Positions 23,991 through 35,083 of a stretch of 64,000 bases of DNA are shown here, piece after piece; the first letter of the stretch is position 1, and each line of letters starts with the position of its first letter. The stretch is from Rebecca billardiae RCC1528 (taxonomy: Eukaryota; Protista; Haptophyta), in the NCBI GenBank assembly GCA_965240325.2, contig OZ251225.1:2170001-2234000 (forward strand), given 5' to 3'. A program made the translations under genes and the position numbers. The notes under the pieces are model-generated. The model had not been told where the DNA came from, did no database searches, and saw nothing but the letters and a program-made list of their open reading frames with translations.

Positions 23991-25145
23991 ATGGCGGGCC
24001 GTAGGCCCGCCCAGGCTTGTACTCATTCTATGATTTTCTATGCTTTAACGACACAGGTAGGACAACGCAGGTCTCCTGATTCGTCGGCGGCAGTTAAAAC
24101 CGATCGTCGGCGACACGAACTGCCCGGGATAAAAGAAAACAAATGCAAAAACTGAAAATCGCTGCTGTTGTGCAGTTGATTTGGTGGGTCTGGCGCGAAC
24201 GGCGAAGCTCACAATGTCAATGACAACGGGGTCCGCAATCAGCAATCAATGTACTGGACAGACGCAAGCGCGGCTGTGCAAATCAAGCCAGACTACGAAA
24301 TCTGACGAATCCGGAGCAGCAGGACTCGGAGCTTCTAATTTGAGCTCAGCTGAGTATCGCCCCAAGCAGGCAAGAGGTTGCCGCAAATGGCGGCACGCAG
24401 CGCAGCAGCAGCGAAGGGCATTCGTTGTGGCAAATCTTCCGTCAGCGCGGCAAGCACGTCGCAGTCGCAAGGCCCGAAGTACGGCTGCCGGGTGGCACAG
24501 TGGGCTGCGACCACTCGGACCTCCACTCGGAGGTATTCCAACTGTCGACGACGTCGCCGATCTGGTGACTGCGTAGCAGTGGGCATAACATATATCACAT
24601 CATCCCATGTTGCTGATCATGCGGTGAACAAGGAACAAGGACCGCTTGTGCCTCGCTGCCCACGGTGGGCCGTGCAGCTCCCACTGGCGGAACTTTGTCG
24701 CAGATCTAGCGCGCCACGCGCCGTGCGCGCGCGCAATCCAACACCATCGAGCACATGATACTGAGCACCCCGAGACCAGTTTTCGCCCGATTCGCGATTG
24801 CTGCCCTCGTCGTTTCGCTTGCAGGTCGAACCGGGGCCAAAGTACGCTTACGCACGGCGCGTCGCCACAATCGTGCGACCTGGGGCACTTCACGCCAGAC
24901 TTACAAGGCGAGCCCTCGCACCGGCCACAACACCAGACGCTCCGCATGACAGCCACCTCGCTCTATCCAACGCAGCGCGTCGGGCTCGGTGCGGAAAGGC
25001 CCTCATCACGAGGTGTCTCGCGGGCGGGAAGCGTGCATCATTGAACCCCATGATCGCATTCCTTTGATCGCACGCGCCGCTCAAGATTATTTTGGCGCGG
25101 CCTTCTGAACTCGATCGCCGGAATCCGCGCACCGGACTGTCGCTC
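23991..25145 (+). mobile_element. Repeat family A, divergent 3'-truncated copy
   Basis: Starts ATGGCGGGCCGTAGGCCCGCC. 24675-25140 matches 14606-15045 (e.g. GTTTTCGCCCGATTCGCGATTGCTGCCCTCGTCGT and CTGAACTCGATCGCCGGAATCCGCGCACCGGACT). Confidence 0.65.
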
Positions 25146-25187
25146 GCGGTCCCTCAATAAGATAGTTCAGGGCAGAAAGTCCGGGAG

Positions 25188-26056
25188 GTGACGAAACACA
25201 AGAAGTTGGTCCGCTGGGGCCGCGGGGCGCGATGGCAGCCGTGCCCCCGTGCGCTCGGGCGGCCACTTGCCCGCCGTGTGCGTGGCAATGTGCGCGTCAG
25301 CACCGGCTGAGACGTGCCTACGGGATGGTATGGGCTATGAACGTCCCATCAGTGCGCTTGAATGACCGTGTTGCGCGCGTGTGATGCAGTACGCGTGCAC
25401 CGCTGTGCTTGTTCGCCCGTGCTCGTCGCTTGCGCCGAACGCGCGGCTGGCACGAGGTTGTGCTCGGTGAGCGAGTACTGACTGAAGCCACCAAGCGTTT
25501 GTGTGAGATGATGCCGCTCTCTCAACGCTTCACCATCTCCACGGTAGCGTCGCATCGCATCTTTCGGGGCACTTCGAAGCACGCATGCTGCATGGTGTAT
25601 TCCGCGCGCAAAGGTATTTCAAATTGAGCAGCAATGGCCTGTCTATTGGTATAATGCTTGAGACAGCTTGGCATGCGTGCTCCTCCGGAGAATGCAGCTG
25701 TAGGGGATGGTGCGCGGCAGGAACAAGGGCAGATGCCATGTGCATGCCGTCAACGGCCCAAGTCGGTACTCGCTCACCGAGCACAACCTCGTGCCAGCCG
25801 CGCGTTCGGCGCAAGCGACGAGCACGGGCGAACAAGCACAGCGGTGCACGCGTACTGCATCACACGCGCGCAACACGGTCATTCAAGCGCACTGATGGGA
25901 CGTTCATAGCCCATACCATCCCGTAGGCACGTCTCAGCCGGTGCTGACGCGCACATTGCCACGCACACGGCGGGCAAGTGGCCGCCCGAGCGCACGGGGG
26001 CACGGCTGCCATCGCGCCCCGCGGCCCCAGCGGACCAACTTCTTGTGTTTCGTCAC
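25188..26056. repeat. Foldback with 296-bp near-perfect inverted arms (25188-25483 / 25761-26056) and a 277-bp spacer, inside outer 17-bp TIRs (25156-25172 / 26082-26098)
   Basis: The arms read as reverse complements, with one mismatch noticed near the inner end. The ORF track gives identical peptides on opposite strands. Outer pair is AATAAGATAGTTCAGGG / CCCTGAACTATCTTATT. Confidence 0.92.
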
Positions 26057-26241
26057 GGCAGTTGAGAGAGTCCGGGAGATCCCCTGAACTATCTTATTCG
26101 GCCGAAACCCGAAAGGCGAAAACCATTCCGGACCCGTCCGGGCGGTGCAACTCCGCCTGGTCCGGTGGCCGAGAAACCGTTCGCGTCGACTCGCGAAACG
26201 CTTTATTGGCCGACCCGTGGAAGGAAAGCGTCCACCTCGCC

Positions 26242-28388
26242 ATGGCCCCGACCAGCTCGAGCGCGGGCGCGAGGCGCCAGCCGTGGCACACGGTGTACAA
26301 CGTCAACCCCGGATGCCCCAACCGAGCCGCTTGGTTCGCCGCGCGGCGTGCTTATGCACTTGGGGAGACCCCAGACAGCGCTCCCGAGCCCGAGCCGGCG
26401 CAGCCGGAGTCATGGGGAGGCCGGCGGCCGCGCCCGACCATCCCCGCGCCCGGTGCGGTGGAGGCGCGGCGCGCGGGTCCGGACCGGATCGTGGTCAACG
26501 TGCCCGTCACCGGCGTGCCCATGCCCTTCCTGCGCGACAGCCGTCGTGGGATGACCTACGGCCTTGCCTATGAGAGGGAGGAGGAGGAGCGCCGTCGGCG
26601 CGGCCGATCGCCGCCCGCCGGCCCCGCGCCGCCGCCGGGCGAGAGGCCGCCCCGGCGGCGTCAGCTCGGACGGTTCGATACGACGCCTTACGTGGCATGC
26701 ACGACTGCCGACGACTTCGAGAGCGAGTACGGCGCGTCGCCTGCGCGTGCGGGCTCGCGTGGCAGGGAGCGCGCGCATGCAGGCGGCTCTCGCCCCGGCG
26801 AGGCCCGCCGCTCCTCGTTGTCCCGGCGCGGCGTGACGCTCAGGCCGCAGCACATGCCAAGGTGCAAGTGCTGCGGTGCACGCACCCCTGCGCGCCTGCG
26901 CAAGGCGCTCTCCGACTCCGAAGACGACGGCGACGACGGCGCGCGCGCGCGCTCGACCAGCCGCGAGCGCGCCACAAGCCGCGAGCGCGAGCGCTCGAGC
27001 CGCCGCGCGCGGCGCGAGAGCGACTCCTCCGAGTCCGAGGGCGACTTCGTGGACCTGCGCGAGCTGGACGCGGCGCTGCGCGACGACCGTGCTAGGCGCG
27101 CGCGGGGCGGGTCATCGGCCGCGCTCCGCGGCGCAAGCGAGGAGGCCAAGGCGCACGCGCGTGAGATCATTGGCCGATGGGTCGCTTCGAAGCGAGCAAG
27201 CCGGCAGCAGCGCTCGCGCTCGCGCTCAGCCGAGCGCGCGCGCTCGCGCTCGCGCTCGGCTCCGCGCTCGGGCTCCGCTGGCCGCAGCGGTGGTGGCTCT
27301 GCCGCCGCGGACCGCGCCACGGCGGGCTCGAGCCCGTCACGCTCGAACCTGCCTGCCGGTCGCGATGGAGGCAGCAGACAGGCTGCGGTGGCGGGCGGAA
27401 GCGGCCGCAGCGGCGCCGGTGTCGGCCGTGCTGGCCGCATCGGCGCGGCCGCAACTGGAGGCAGCAAGAGCGGCGCTACGTCGGGCGAGCGAGCGAAACG
27501 CGCGCGCAAGCCGACCGGCAGTATCCAGCAGGGGCGAGGGGCGCAGCCGAGCGGCGCGCGCGCGGCCGGCGATGGCGGCGGAGCGGGCAGCGGCGCGCGC
27601 CGCTCTGAGAGGGGCGGAGCGGCGCGCGGGTCGGACGGGGGCGGTGCCGTGCTCGCAGGCGGCGCGGGTGGCGCTGGCGCATCCGGCGCAGACGCAGCCA
27701 CGCGACGCAGGGCCGCCAAGCACGGCGCCGTGTCGGCCGCGTCCACCGCCACGGCGCGGCTCCAGCGCAGCCGCTCGCCCGTTGTCGTCGTGCGCATGTC
27801 AGGTGACGGGTATGCCCCCGCGCGCGGCGACGCGGCCGCGGCCGGGGATTCGGACAGCAGTGGCACCGGCTCCTCAAGTCCGGGCCGCGGGCGAGAGCAG
27901 CGCGGCCGGACCTCGCCGACGCGGCCGGCGTGGCGAGCGGCGGGCTCGGCGCCGGACGGCTGCTGCACCCGCCGGCGCAGCCCGCGCATCGACCGAGCGG
28001 TACGCCAAGCGCGCCGCGCGCACACGCCTGACACGCCGTCTCGTCTGCGCGGTCGTGCGCGTGCGCCGCACCGCCGGCCGCTCGCGTGCTCCCTCCCCAG
28101 CCACACTCCGCGCTGACCGTGTGCGCCCCCGCCTGCGGCCGTGCCTCCGCGCGATGACAGTTCCTCTTCCTCAGCTCGGGCCCGATGAGGCAGCTCGAGC
28201 GACTAGACGCCATGGGCATCGGGAGCGCGGCCAACAAGCGCCGGCGGGAGGCGCAGCGCTCCATGGCGCTGGCAGCTAAGGCGGCGCGAGCGCGCGGAGC
28301 GCATCCCTCCAACGCTGCGCCCGAATTTGCCGCAGTCGTGCCGCCGGCCCTGGGCAACCGCGCCAAGACGTGGCCCGCCTGGCCGTGA
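26242..28388 (+). CDS. Hypothetical low-complexity Arg/Ser/Gly-rich protein; exons 26242-27999 and 28161-28388
   Basis: Long ORF from ATG 26242. A GT-AG intron (28000-28160) with a GCTGAC branch motif joins in frame to the 28185 ORF. RS-like dipeptides. No recognisable domain. Confidence 0.55.
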
Positions 28389-28503
28389 CGTGGGCTGCAA
28401 GCTCTAGCACTGATCTGGACTCTGGAGTAGAATGAGACTGCGCGTGCCCGGCGTCACGGCGTGGCCCAATGGCCAATGTCTTTGACTTCGAGAATTGAGT
28501 GAG

Positions 28504-30780
28504 ATGGCGGGCCGTAGGTCCGCCCCTTGTAGTGCCCGGGAAAAAGATAAGAAAAAGAAAAGGAAAAAAAGAAAATCGCCTCGCAAAGAAAAGAAAATCG
28601 CCTCGCTCACTGCCCAGGCCGGGTCGCTTCGCTCACTACCGGGCGCCCTCGCAGCTCCCACTGGGGACGCTCGGCCGAAAACCATATGGCGCCTGGCGCG
28701 GAGCGCGTGGGCCGCGCGCGCCGAATCCAACGCCGGCGCGGACATCGCGCGGGGATTCCCGAACGGTGTTTTCGCCCGATTCGCGATTGCTGCCCTCGTC
28801 GTCTCGCGTGCAGGTCGAACGGGCGCTAAATCGACGCGTTTGGAGCGGTACGCTCGGCGCGTCGACACGATCGTGCGACCTGGGGCGATCCTCGCCCGAC
28901 GTGCACGTCGAACGCTCGCACCGGCCATAGCACCAAGCGCTGCGCACGATGGCCGCCTCGCTCGATTCACCGTCGCGCGTCGGGCTCGGTGCGGAACGGC
29001 CCTCATCACGAGGCGTCTCGCGGGCGGGAAGCGCCACGGCCATCGCACGCGACGCAAGATTTGGCGCGGCCTTCTGAACACCATAACCGGAATCCACACA
29101 CCGGACTGTCGCGTGCCCCGGTCCTTGGCAAGGTCGGGCGCATGCAAATCCGTTTGCTACAGGCTGGGCTCAGCAAGAGTTTCCCGAGCGCCGGCGAGGC
29201 CGCGCTCGCGGCGGCGGACGATGACGCGAAAACCGCCGAGTACGATCGCGTGCAACGCGAGCCTAGTCCCCGGCAAAATTGTCCACGGAGCCGCGCGCGT
29301 CGCTCACCACGTGCCCGGCGCTCCGCCGCGGAGGCGCCGTCACAGTGGTTTTCACGCTGGACCGAGCAGTCTGAAGTGGCGCTGAACTGAGGTTTCGTCG
29401 GTCCGGTCAGCCACTTTCGCAGTTCAGAGGCCGGCAAGGACGCGGTTGCCTCGGTGCCCGCGATGAGGGCTTGACGACCTCGTCTGCGCGGAGGCTAGAT
29501 GCGGCGCGCATGATGCCGACTGCGCCTGACGATGATGCCCCACGTCTTGCGCATATGCTGGGGTAGCCTCCAAAGTCACTTGCTGGTGCCTCGTCGCTCA
29601 AACTCTTCACCCGCGTGCACTTTGAACTCAACCGAACAGCTCCGCGTTAATTGGTGGATCCCACGAGGGGGTTGGGGACGGGAGGGGTGTGTTGTAGTGG
29701 GGTCATACGCACGGACAGTCAGGTAATGGACACCAATGGTCGCGAAGGTTGCTGCATACAATTTATCCTGGGTGGTGCAGGTGTGTATCTCGCGATCCAC
29801 GGACGTGCTCGGGGGTTGGTGCCCATCGTTGGAAAGCTCTCGACGAGGCCGATTTTATGGTGTAATCGGCGATTTTTCGCGCCCGCCATGGGATCCACCA
29901 AATTGGGATTTATCCTCGGGAAACTCTTGCTGAGCCCAGCCTGTACGATCGGTGGTGTTCCTCGCGAGCTCGCGGGCAAAGATCGCTCGGCGCTCGAGGG
30001 CCCACGTCCGGCCTGCATGGCGCCGACGGTGACCAATGCGACGGAGGGGCAGCGCAAAGCGGCGTACGACGCGCACCGCACGCACCTCCCGGGTTTGCAG
30101 CCGTGGAAGGAACCGCGTCTTGGCGAGTCGGCGGCCCTCGTCGCACAGCGCTATGACCGATCCCAGAGGCGCATCCGCGACGAGCTGAAACGCCGAGCGT
30201 GCAACATTGTCGCCCCATCCTCCACCATGTCACGAGCGCTGCGGGACGAGGCCGACGTCGTGAAGCCAGTGGCACATGCGCTGCGCTTCCTGTGCCTGCT
30301 CGAGCAGCGCGTGCCCACCCTCGATCGCGAGTGGCACACGCTCTCGCACTGCGCGCGCGCGCACCGCACTTCCAGACGACCTAAACAAATGAAACATGAC
30401 ATCACACTCCGCCACCACTGTTTAGCTCCGAGGACATTGAACCGTCACCGTCAGGCGTCACAAGCAAGCCGCCGTCGCACGCCAATCAGTTGGCAGTGCG
30501 TGCGCGCAGTCGACGGCTTGGCACCCGGGACTTGACGAGTAGCGCCGAGTGGGTGCACGAATAAATAACACGCGCAATCACACTGTCGGTGAGATCACCA
30601 GAGTCATCTGTCGCGTTATTATTCGTCAGTGAGTCAGGTAGCTCACCATCATCTGTGTGTCGCATTGTTATTCGTCATCCTGCCCGTCAAACCGCTAAAT
30701 AAAAGGCGCGAACCCGCTGGGGAAATATTGCGACAGCACTGGCACGGCCCGCCGACCCCCCCGCCCGCCAGGGCAGAGTT
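28504..30780 (+). mobile_element. Repeat family A, copy 2 (Helentron/HINE-like), interrupted by a Tc1/mariner-pogo element
   Basis: High identity to 14486-15040 and 15080-15445. Near-identical 3' block ATTGCGACAGCACTGGCACGGCCCGCCGACCCCCC(C)GCCCGCCAGGGCA.AGTT. Confidence 0.75.
29160..29943 (-). mobile_element. Tc1/mariner-superfamily (pogo-like) non-autonomous element, 784 bp
   Basis: Perfect ~29-bp TIRs CAGGCTGGGCTCAGCAAGAGTTTCCCGAG with TA on both sides. Absent from family A copy 1. Minus-strand remnants SVEFKVHA and KPQFSATSD resemble pogo/CENP-B HTH motifs. Confidence 0.85.
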
Positions 30781-30893
30781 TATGTATTATTATAACGTTC
30801 CTTGCCTTATTGTTTTTTTTCGGCGTCGGTTGCAAAAAGCCGGATGCTGGGACGTTCGAACGCGCGCGGTTGTTACGGCTGTGATTTCGCAGG

Positions 30894-32350
30894 ATGGCTG
30901 ATACCGTGGTGCACGCCGCGCCCACCACCACCATTCTCGCCGTACCGGTGGGCAAGGAGGTGAATGATGTGGATGCCGTGCACGAGGCGGCTGTGATGAC
31001 ACGCCGCGAGGAGATCATCAAGGAGCGCCGCTCGCGCCTGACCGAGAACAAGACGTACAAGCTCGGGATCGACACGAAAGCGCTCTCGGGGCAGGTGGAT
31101 GAGAAGGTGATGCAGGAGGCGGAGGAGCGGGCGCAGGACGCCGCGTACGACGAGCTGCGGCTGAACGTGGACAAGCACCTCATGTTCGTCGACCAGCAGC
31201 GCGACGCCTTCCTCCGCGCGCGCCAGGAGGACATCAACGACTTCCGCCTGACGATGCAGAGGAAGGAGGACAGGCGTGAATGGGACCTCAACAACCCGCA
31301 CGCGCTGCAGAACGACGCGCCCGCGCGGCGCTCGGACGACGATCCGAACCTGTCGGTCAGCGGGCTGCAGAAGTTCGCGGGCGAGGACCTGCAGATCGCG
31401 CAGCGCACCAAGCAGCAGCAGGCGCAGCTGCGCGCGTGGGCGGACGCGCAGGCGCGCGAGAAGGCGGAGAAGGACGCGAACGAGAAGCTCACGGACGCGC
31501 TGTGGGCGAACCACATGCTCGAGGCGGACCTGCTGCGCACGTCGTACGCGGAGAAGGAGGCCGAGATCCTCCGCCAGCGGCAGAAGGAGTTCGCCGAGTA
31601 CAACCTCGCGCAGGCCGAGCTCAAGAAGCAGCTGAGGGTCGAGACCGACGCGCAGGCTGAGATGGACAACGCCGTGGAGATACAAAACCAGCTCAACTCG
31701 GCGTGGCTGACGGAGGACCCGGCGATCACGCGGAGCTTCGTGCAGCCGCACAGGTGGGGCGCGGCGCACCCAGCGCGCGCGCGCCGCGCGCCGCGGCGCC
31801 AGCCGGTGCACCAGGCAAGCCGCTCGTGCGTGGGTGCGCGTGCGAGCTCACTGCTGTGCTCTCCCGCCGTCCCTCGGCGCCGCGCGCGCTCGCAGGCCAC
31901 GCCCCGACCACTACAAGGGCATGTCGCCCGAGGACATCCAGGCGATCAACGAGGAGCGCGCGCGCCAGGTGCAGGAGCGCAAGAGGCTCGAGCAGGAGGA
32001 GAAGGACCTCAACGACAGCATCGACGACATGCAGTCCCAGTGGAACCGGCTGGCACAGCAGCAAGAGCACGAGGTGCGCGCGCGCGCGCGCGCCCCGGGC
32101 TGGCGGCACCGCCGGCTGCGCTCGTGCCTCCGGGCAATGCGGCCGCACGTGCTCACACCGCTCGGCCGGCCCGCCCGCTTGTCGCGCGCAGGTGGAGATG
32201 CGCCGGGCTGCGCTGCGCAAGCAGCTGCTGGAGGAGCACAAGGCGCAGGCCGAGGCGTCCAAGGCGCACTACTCGCACCTTTACAACGAGGTCTACACCA
32301 ACGAGGTGACGGACGACTTTTACAAGCGGTTCGGCACGTCTGCCCGGTGA
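30894..32350 (+). CDS. RIB43A: RIB43A-family axonemal ribbon protein; exons 30894-31753, 31896-32073, 32192-32350; ~398 aa
   Basis: Motifs ERRSRL...KLGIDTKALSGQVDEK, REWDLNNPHALQNDAPARRSDDDPNLSVSGLQKFAGED, RPDHYKGMS, and C-terminal FYKRFGTSAR. In-frame splicing. Confidence 0.9.
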
Positions 32351-33506
32351 TCGGCGAGTCACGCACTGCGCGGTGCGCGGAGACGGAGTGAGACATGGAT
32401 ATCAATCATCATGGACATCATCGGGTCGGCAGACTGTCGACTGACGCCGCCTGGCTCCCTGTGTGATTCACCGGGCCCGGCCCAGCCGCCTGCCGCCCGA
32501 GCCGGGCTGCCGGCCCCGGGCGGCGGCGGCCCTGGCCGGCGGGCCTGGACCTGGCCCTGGGCCTGGGCCCGAGGGCGAGGGACGAGAGTCACGTGTGACG
32601 CGGGCCGCCCTGCCGCCGCGACGGGGCCACGGCAGAGTCGTCTCGGCCGGTAGCCCGAGCGCCAACGGAATCTCAGCTGCTCAGTTTCTTAGTAGCTAGG
32701 TCCGCCCGGCGACCGCCCGCCGCGCCATGCGCGGGGGGCACAGGGCCACAGGGGGGCAGAGCCCCCCGCTGAGTCTTCAGTGATGATCAGTCTGATAGTG
32801 ATATTCAGTCTCAGGCCCGGGCCCGGCCGGCGACTAGGCCGACGATTCCCGACGAATATTTTTTGGGGCCATTTTGCATGATGGAGCAAATATATCTGGC
32901 ATGATGATTGATGTTGCATGGATGCCGCGGTGCACTGGCCAGGAGTCAGTCACGGTCCGAGAAGTCGGGACTTCGCCTGTACTTGTAGTCGGGCCGCGCG
33001 CCGCGTCCCACGGGCACTGCCGGGCCCGTCGGCGGACCACGTCAGCAGCCGCTGCAGCCGCGACGACGTAGTCCCGGTTTCTTAGTGTGACTATGCGTAC
33101 AGCGAACCAGCTAATCGCTAGTCTCAGTTTCAAGGTTAGATCCGCAGATAGCAAGCTCCAGTTTCTTAACGTGACCGCTCCTTATTATTGCCCGCGATTG
33201 CCTGTAGTGAGGCGTGAGTGCGTGCCCTCGTCATCCACTCATCGTGATTATTGAGCCTCGTGTCATGACTCGGGCTCGGCGGCGGCGCCGCGTCTTTTTG
33301 ATGCGTGACACCGATGACAGCCGTGCACTGCGTCACAGTCACAGATCATTGACTACAATGATGACGACAGAATTGACAGATCACTCAGTATAGCTAGCGC
33401 AGTAGTCAGTCACTCGTAGTCACAGACTCATACTAAGCTACAGATATATGCTGCTGATGACATTGCGACGACGATGATCGCCGTCGCGGCGATTAGTTAT
33501 TTATAG

Positions 33507-33724
33507 TTATGGCCCGCGGTGCAGGGCGGAGCGCGCAGCGTGGAGCCCGCAGTGCGGGCCCGAACCACGTTTCAATAAAAAGATCTTTGATCAAAGAAAA
33601 AAGGGACGGGGCCGGGGCGATTTTCAGGGAGGTGGAGACCGAGTTTCGATTTTTTGAGACCGCATAGAGACGTTCATTCATTAATCATTCGGCGAGAAAA
33701 GACCGCGCCCACGATATTCCCTAA
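33507..33724 (+). mobile_element. Repeat family B, 5' fragment
   Basis: Matches 45009-45209 (TTATGGCCCGCGGTGCAGGGCGGAGCGCGCAGCGTGGAGCCCGCA...AAAAAGATCTTTGATCAA...GAGACCGAGTTTCGA). Confidence 0.75.
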
Positions 33725-35083
33725 GTAAAGTGCGATCTGGACGTGAGCCGGACGTGACTTTAACGTGACGGTTCGTTACGAGCGAATCGTATTCGTCGTC
33801 CCGGATCGCGTGACGTCCTGACTGGAGTGACTGGGCCACATCCGGATCGGAGTTGATTGAACCCCCTTGATCGGAGCCTCGGTCTCGGAGGTGACGTGCC
33901 CCGCACGAGCCACGATGGCGGATGGGACCAACCCCATATTACCCCTGGCTGCGAGCGCGCCTGCACGTGCCTCCGGACCCGCCTCCCGCTTGCTGCTCAC
34001 GCAGTCAGCAGTGCGACCGTGGCGCATGATCTCAGAACTCAGAAGCAGACAGTCTGCACGGTGCTGCCGAGTCCTGCCGACAGGCGACAGTACAGCCTGC
34101 ATCAGCTAGACTGCTAGTCACATTATTGACGATGATGATTGTCATGTGCGACTACTACGAAGTACGGACTGCAGTCCAACGCGGACTGCAAGACCAAGTC
34201 CAACGCCCGGGCCAGCCTCGCTCGCCGCCAGCAGGTCCTGGCCAAATCCCGGAAGAATGCACGCTGACCGCTCGAGGGGCGGCGATGCGCAGGCTGAAGG
34301 TCTCGCTGTTCATCGCCATCTCGCGGCTGAGCGCCGCGACCGAGTCGTCGCGGCCGTCGCGTGCCGGAGGCGGTGCCGCAGCCCGCCGGCCGCGTCCCGT
34401 GCCGCGTCCCGAGCACGGCCACATGGGCGGCCACTGCGCCACTTGGCGGGTGGATCGCGCGCGAGCGACGCGTCTCGCTCGAGGAAGGCGATGCGCTCGA
34501 GCACGTGCGCCATGCTGCCCTGCGGCGGTGGCGCGCCGCTGCTCAGCAGCGCGCTCGAGCACAACGGTGCGGAGGTGAACGGAGCGTCCAAGCCGTGCAG
34601 CTGCCGCTCGAGGTGAGGCTGTCGCACAGCTCCGAGCTCCGCGATCGTGGCTGCATACGGCCCCGTCCCCCTAGTGCCGCCAGCTGCCAGGCGCGGTGGT
34701 GCCACCAGGCCGTTGAGAGGCATGAGCTGGCCGACTCCGTCACGGGCGATGGCGGACGTACCCGCGGGGACGCGCATCGCGCAGCTGCGCGCTGGCACGC
34801 CAAGCGTGAGCATCGGCTTGGAGCTCGCGCGGCAGCCGTGCTCGGCATCCGTGAGCTCTGCGTGCCCGCCGAGGCCCTGCGCGCCGCTCCGCGGGATGAG
34901 CCGACGAGCCCCCGGCGCTGCACGTTGTCGCGCAGGTCCGGCGGGATCGGGTGGCTCGTGGGCTGGCTGCGGGCGCCAGCTGCGCTCGGAGCGAGCTTCG
35001 CCTCGTCCAGGTCGCGGCCAGACGAATCGTAGCACGCGCTCATGGAGGAGAGAGGCATGCTGCTTGCGAGCGCGGTGCCACTA

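Noticed and set aside
32695-32772. Helitron 3' end (GGGGGGC-AGA-GCCCCCC hairpin near CTAG)
   Set aside because: It occurs once, the spacing is unconvincing, and no matching 5' end was found.
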